DNA of 63,775 nt, counting the filler, from Licmophora abbreviata (lineage: Eukaryota): NCBI GenBank assembly GCA_900291995.1. It is 15 parts of 15 records of this genome, joined end to end, with 100 filler letters (N's around TTAATTAATTAA, not from the genome) between each part and the next. Parts side by side here need not be neighbours in the genome. Positions count along the whole stretch, not along the records: positions 59,866 to 62,509 come from OLMU01004388.1; positions 62,610 to 63,775 come from OLMU01004394.1; 13 more parts are not named here. One strand, written 5' to 3'. Position 1 is the stretch's first letter. The number at the start of each line of letters is the position of its first letter. The notes under the pieces are model-generated. The model was not told the origin of the DNA. It worked only from the letters and a program-made list of their open reading frames with translations, and did no database searches. Both the position numbers and the translations under genes were made by a program. This document shows positions 59,866 through 63,775 of this stretch, one piece after another.

Positions 59866-61415
59866 TTCCTCCGACTCGCTTTCTTGATGATTGACTTGCG
59901 ACCGGTTCATGTCTTGCGCCTCCTGAGCTGCCTTGCGCTTGTTCTGTCGTCGTTTCCCATTGGAAGTACTGCTTTGAGACGACTCGTGAGTACTACCATG
60001 AGCCTCGTTGTCTTCCTCAGGAGTTGTACCGTGCACCATCACCGCATCGTCTTCCATATCATTCTTCGTCTCATCGACATCCCGTTTCATGGCAGGAATT
60101 AGGCTATTGTGAATGTAATCGTTCAATGGTCGCAACTCGTCGCGATGAATGTTGGTAAATTCGAGTTCGCGAGATTCCTGATCTTCCTCCGTAGTAGCAT
60201 AGGTCAATTGCATGTCCACGTAACGTGATCCGCCACTACCTCGGCCGCAGGCAATCGAGTGGAGTCGGGAGCGATGGACGAATAGAGGGGGTCTAACGAA
60301 AAAGGCACAAAAAAGAGAGAAGAAAAGAAGCTTGGTGAGCTCGAAAACAAACTGAAGAACAGGAAGATACACCCCCCAACAGACTGACTCACTTGAAAAA
60401 CAAGAGTCCCTCTTGAAGTGGAAAGACAACTCCATCCTGGACGCCGTGATAGCATTGCACAAAGGGCATCCCACCCGTTGTAGTACTGGTGCCGTGTTCG
60501 GAATGAGAACGGAAGGTGTAGACGTTCTTGTGGAGCACAAGGGCACGAGGATTCTGGGCGCGCACCACGTTGGTGCATGGAAACGAGAGCGACTCGCAGA
60601 TCAGCGAGAGCAAGGCAGCTGCGGGGGGCTCGTCCGTTCCCAAAGATGCTACTTTCCTTGGCACATCGACTGGCAACTGAAAGCAGAGTTGCGACAGAGT
60701 CTTGTCCTTGAATCTTACCATCGGCGGCGAAGAAGGACCATGATCCTTCTCCCTATGTTTGAAACAGAGTAACATCATGTCGCCCCCGCTCGGCTTTGGC
60801 TTGCGACAGTCTTCGGGTTTCGGAAAGACGACAATATGCTCAATCGACGATGCGTGCACAACTAGGTGGTCGTCCCCCTTGGTTCGAAAGTGCATACCGT
60901 TCGTGTGCAACGTCCAATGCAGCCTGCCGCGCGGTATCGTAGAGGAGATTTCGATGGGTGCCGTAGTGACGGCCTTTCCCAAGGAGGATCCGAATGTCTC
61001 CTCTTGGACTGGTGCTTCTACTGCTACTTCATTATTATCTTGCTCGTCCTTGTCATCGTCATCGCCGCCTCCCAAGAGCTGCGCGGAGAGTTCCTCGGCA
61101 TTGGGAAGTGTCGACGTGCATTCGAGCAGAAACGTAGCAGTCGCCAAAGCGTCACCCTGTGACCAACATAAATAAAGCAGATTGAAAATAGCACATCATG
61201 ATGAGTAGCTGATTTTTCTTCTGGAATTAAAACACACTGAGTTAAATCTACTTTACCTGAAATCGATGCTGCAAGAGAAAAGCAGCGAGGTCGCTCGCTG
61301 TGCCGGCAAGGACATTCATCTGCGATGTTGTGCCATCCTCGTCATCGCGACCAGAGTCGACTTTCTTATTTTTAGTACGATTCTCATCCATTGGAGCAGT
61401 CGCTAAAGGACACAT
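59866..61415 (-). CDS. Rtt106/SSRP1-like double-PH histone chaperone, 3'-partial
   Basis: Introns 61157-61256 and 60293-60392; VQCYHGVQDGVVFPL..GLLFFK|PP, RYVDM and EFTNI motifs; acidic tail running into the gap. Confidence 0.75.
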
Positions 61416-61880
61416 TGCTGAGCACAGACGTTTAACACTGCTCGATCAAAGAGAAAAGGTGAAATAAGTGAATGCAATTTGAAAGTAGTCCAACGACATC
61501 GTCAATGTTGAATGATGATGTGAAGGGATGAGTTTCACCCGTCCTTTTTTTGGCGCGCCCCACACATCCTCCAATTACCATAAATAATAATGACGTCACT
61601 ACGACATGGAGCTGAAACCAAGCTCACAAAACAAACCTCAAACCCAATTCGATGCCACGTCTTGTCGCCAAGACACGTTCCGGAAACAAACTCTCGACGA
61701 CCGAGAAGATTTTCGGAACATATTCACAAGAAAGAGTGGAGATCGAAAACTGTTTCTTCGTCCATGCAGTCATTGTCTTGTGCCGATTCGACAGAAAACG
61801 ATCACCACGAAACAGTCACCTGCGCTCACCACCACTACTTTAGATTTCTTCACACGCTCAGTAAGTATCACTCTGTTACC

Positions 61881-62495
61881 ATGGACATTGAACATACTGA
61901 ATTGCGTTGCTTTAACTACTTCGTGAAGCAGTACTTCCCCAACGATCTGACGAGACGATTCATTCGAAACATCAATGATTTCCTGGAAGAGCTTGCTGAC
62001 GAAATCAAATTCCCTGGTCTCAAACTGAACGAAGAGGGCATCTGCGCCTTTCAAGACAACAACCTTGTCATTGTCGTGGAAGTTCCCATGAAGGGAGAGT
62101 GTCTCTTTCTCTATTCTGCCGTCTATCATGCCAACCCATCGGATATGGAACTGAGTCATGCTGTCATGAAGAAGGCCCTCGAACTGAACTATATGCAGCA
62201 GGATACAGCGGGAACGGTACTGTCCCTTGACAAGAGAGCCGACCACTCCTTGGAGTTCACTCTATCCTATTCCTTTCCCATGGGCGGCATGACGTGCAAC
62301 GAGTTTTGTACCATTGTCATGAACTTCATGACGGCCGCGGGAGGGGCGCATCGGACCTTGAAGAAGGAGGCTTGTGAATTCCGACTACAGAAACAGTTGA
62401 AAGAGGCTCAACGGAAGTACGAAGAAGAAATGATAGATGGATCCGCGCTAGAACTAGTGACGCGTCGATCGGGGGTGCGGAGTGTACAGTGGTGA
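61881..62495 (+). CDS. CesT/SycE (type III secretion chaperone)-like protein
   Basis: LKLNEEGICAF, LFLYSAV, KKALELNY..TAGTVLSLD and EF..IVMNF match the class I T3S chaperone pattern by eye. Confidence 0.65.
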   Translation: MDIEHTELRCFNYFVKQYFPNDLTRRFIRNINDFLEELADEIKFPGLKLNEEGICAFQDNNLVIVVEVPMKGECLFLYSAVYHANPSDMELSHAVMKKALELNYMQQDTAGTVLSLDKRADHSLEFTLSYSFPMGGMTCNEFCTIVMNFMTAAGGAHRTLKKEACEFRLQKQLKEAQRKYEEEMIDGSALELVTRRSGVRSVQW

Positions 62496-62509
62496 AACTT
62501 AAAGAGAAT

Positions 62510-62609
62510 NNNNNNNNNNNNNNNNNNNNNNNNNNNNNNNNNNNNNNNNNNNNTTAATTAATTAANNNNNNNNNNNNNNNNNNNNNNNNNNNNNNNNNNN
62601 NNNNNNNNN
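62510..62609. other. Artificial gap spacer
   Basis: N44-TTAATTAATTAA-N44. Confidence 0.98.
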
Positions 62610-63527
62610 AGTCTCTCCCGTGGCGACCCAGTTGTTGCCGTCCGATTTGTTGAGGACCTTGCAAAAAAAGAATTCTTTTTCGGCAGCGAACGGCGCCTTC
62701 TGAGTCACCCAGTATGCCCGCGTCGGTTCCCTGCTGATGACATCAGCTGGAATCTCTGGCTGATCCACGCTCTTGAAGAAGGTCACGGGGACCCTGGCGG
62801 CACCCTCCATGACGCTGTCGATCTCCACGTACTCCGCCTCGGGGAATTGGCGAAACACCTCGAGAGAAGGCGTGGCATCAGTGCCGTTCGCTTCGACCTG
62901 TTCATAGGTCGCGCACAAGTTCTGAATTCCTGAAGGCAGAAGTGCCGTATCATCCATCTCCTGATGAAGTGCTACCCAAAAGCACTGTAGAGATTTGTAG
63001 GGGACACTTCGATACACCGTTTTCAGAAACATCGCCATGGCAGGACGGCGTGCCTCATTCGTCGTTGCTTCTGAGTGGCGGCTCAGATCAGGAACGACCG
63101 AGAGCAACGCTAGCTCGACAAGAGGCTCTGACTCGAGCAAAATGGCTTCTGCGACTGTACGCTCTGCTGACATGGCGAGGGCTGCTTCCGTGTGATTATC
63201 CAAGCAAAGTTGGAGTATGGGTCGCAGCAGAGCTCCGGCATCCTGGCCGCCTTGCAGAGCTTCCAGCAAACTTATCGTGGCACGCGAGGCGTTAGCGCGC
63301 ACTAGTTCGCGCATTTCGTCTGACGTTCCACGAGCAGGGGTGTTCGTCGCTGCAGCTGTACTCGGTGTCGCCACCGCTGAAGCCAGGCTCGCAGGCTTTG
63401 CTTCCTCGTCCTCAACCGATTCCTGATACCTATACGAGGCCAAGCTGCGGTCGTCCATGTTGACACTATTATCCTGAGGTTCGGGAGCTTCTTCGTCGTC
63501 GTCAGCTTCGAAGACCATCGCGTCCAT
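62610..63527 (-). CDS. Hypothetical protein, 3'-partial
   Basis: About 306 codons open into the gap; acidic N-terminus; no family recognised. Confidence 0.6.
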
Positions 63528-63775
63528 CGTGGGCTATATAACACGATCAAGGCCTGCACTCTGCACTCTGCAGGCGTAGTGAGCTGTGCGTTCCCTTCTC
63601 CTTATTCTCCTTCTGAAGCAACCGTCATGCGAGGTGATTGTAGGAGCCCTAGAGAATATAAATGAGACGGTATGGCTGGATGATTCAACAGCGGGAATTT
63701 TCCCGATGCTTCTCTTCTGATTTTCCACCAATCAGACTAGACATGCATAGCTATCTAAGTTATTCATGTACGTAT

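Noticed and set aside
7601..62609. Fourteen identical TTAATTAATTAA palindromes flanked by N runs, resembling a dispersed repeat or insertion site
   Set aside because: Fixed 100-bp format with six-frame stops marks an assembly linker; genes such as VIT1, LRR and SET continue across it.
1..63775. CRISPR arrays, tRNA/rRNA genes, transposases, viral genes
   Set aside because: No repeat-spacer periodicity, cloverleaf, rRNA-like sequence or RT/transposase motifs seen by eye; tRNAscan and Infernal were not run.

Overview
Eukaryotic nuclear DNA, most likely from a diatom and probably a pennate. The evidence is compact genes with short GT-AG introns, bipartite signal plus ASAFAP-like plastid presequences, a chlorophyll a/c-type LHC gene, Cys-capped LRR proteins and a diatom-type polyamine fusion gene. 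The window is a gapped scaffold with 14 artificial 100-bp spacers (N44-TTAATTAATTAA-N44), several inside genes. About 35 protein-coding genes or fragments can be supported; I reconstructed exon junctions by hand. I saw no rRNA, tRNA, CRISPR array or clear transposon. Family assignments come from motif recognition, not database searches. Most notable: (1) a spliced gene joining a PH-like domain, a RelA/SpoT-type nucleotidyltransferase and a TPR-like segment; (2) a SET + aminopropyltransferase + two degenerate AdoMetDC-like domain fusion, a candidate long-chain-polyamine enzyme; (3) a CesT/type III secretion chaperone-like protein in a eukaryote; (4) an SBPase lacking the thioredoxin Cys pair and any visible plastid presequence; (5) a Cbp3/UQCC1-WW fusion; (6) a recurrent intergenic AGTCACGAGT motif. 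About nine single-base frameshifts, mostly at homopolymer runs, suggest consensus errors.
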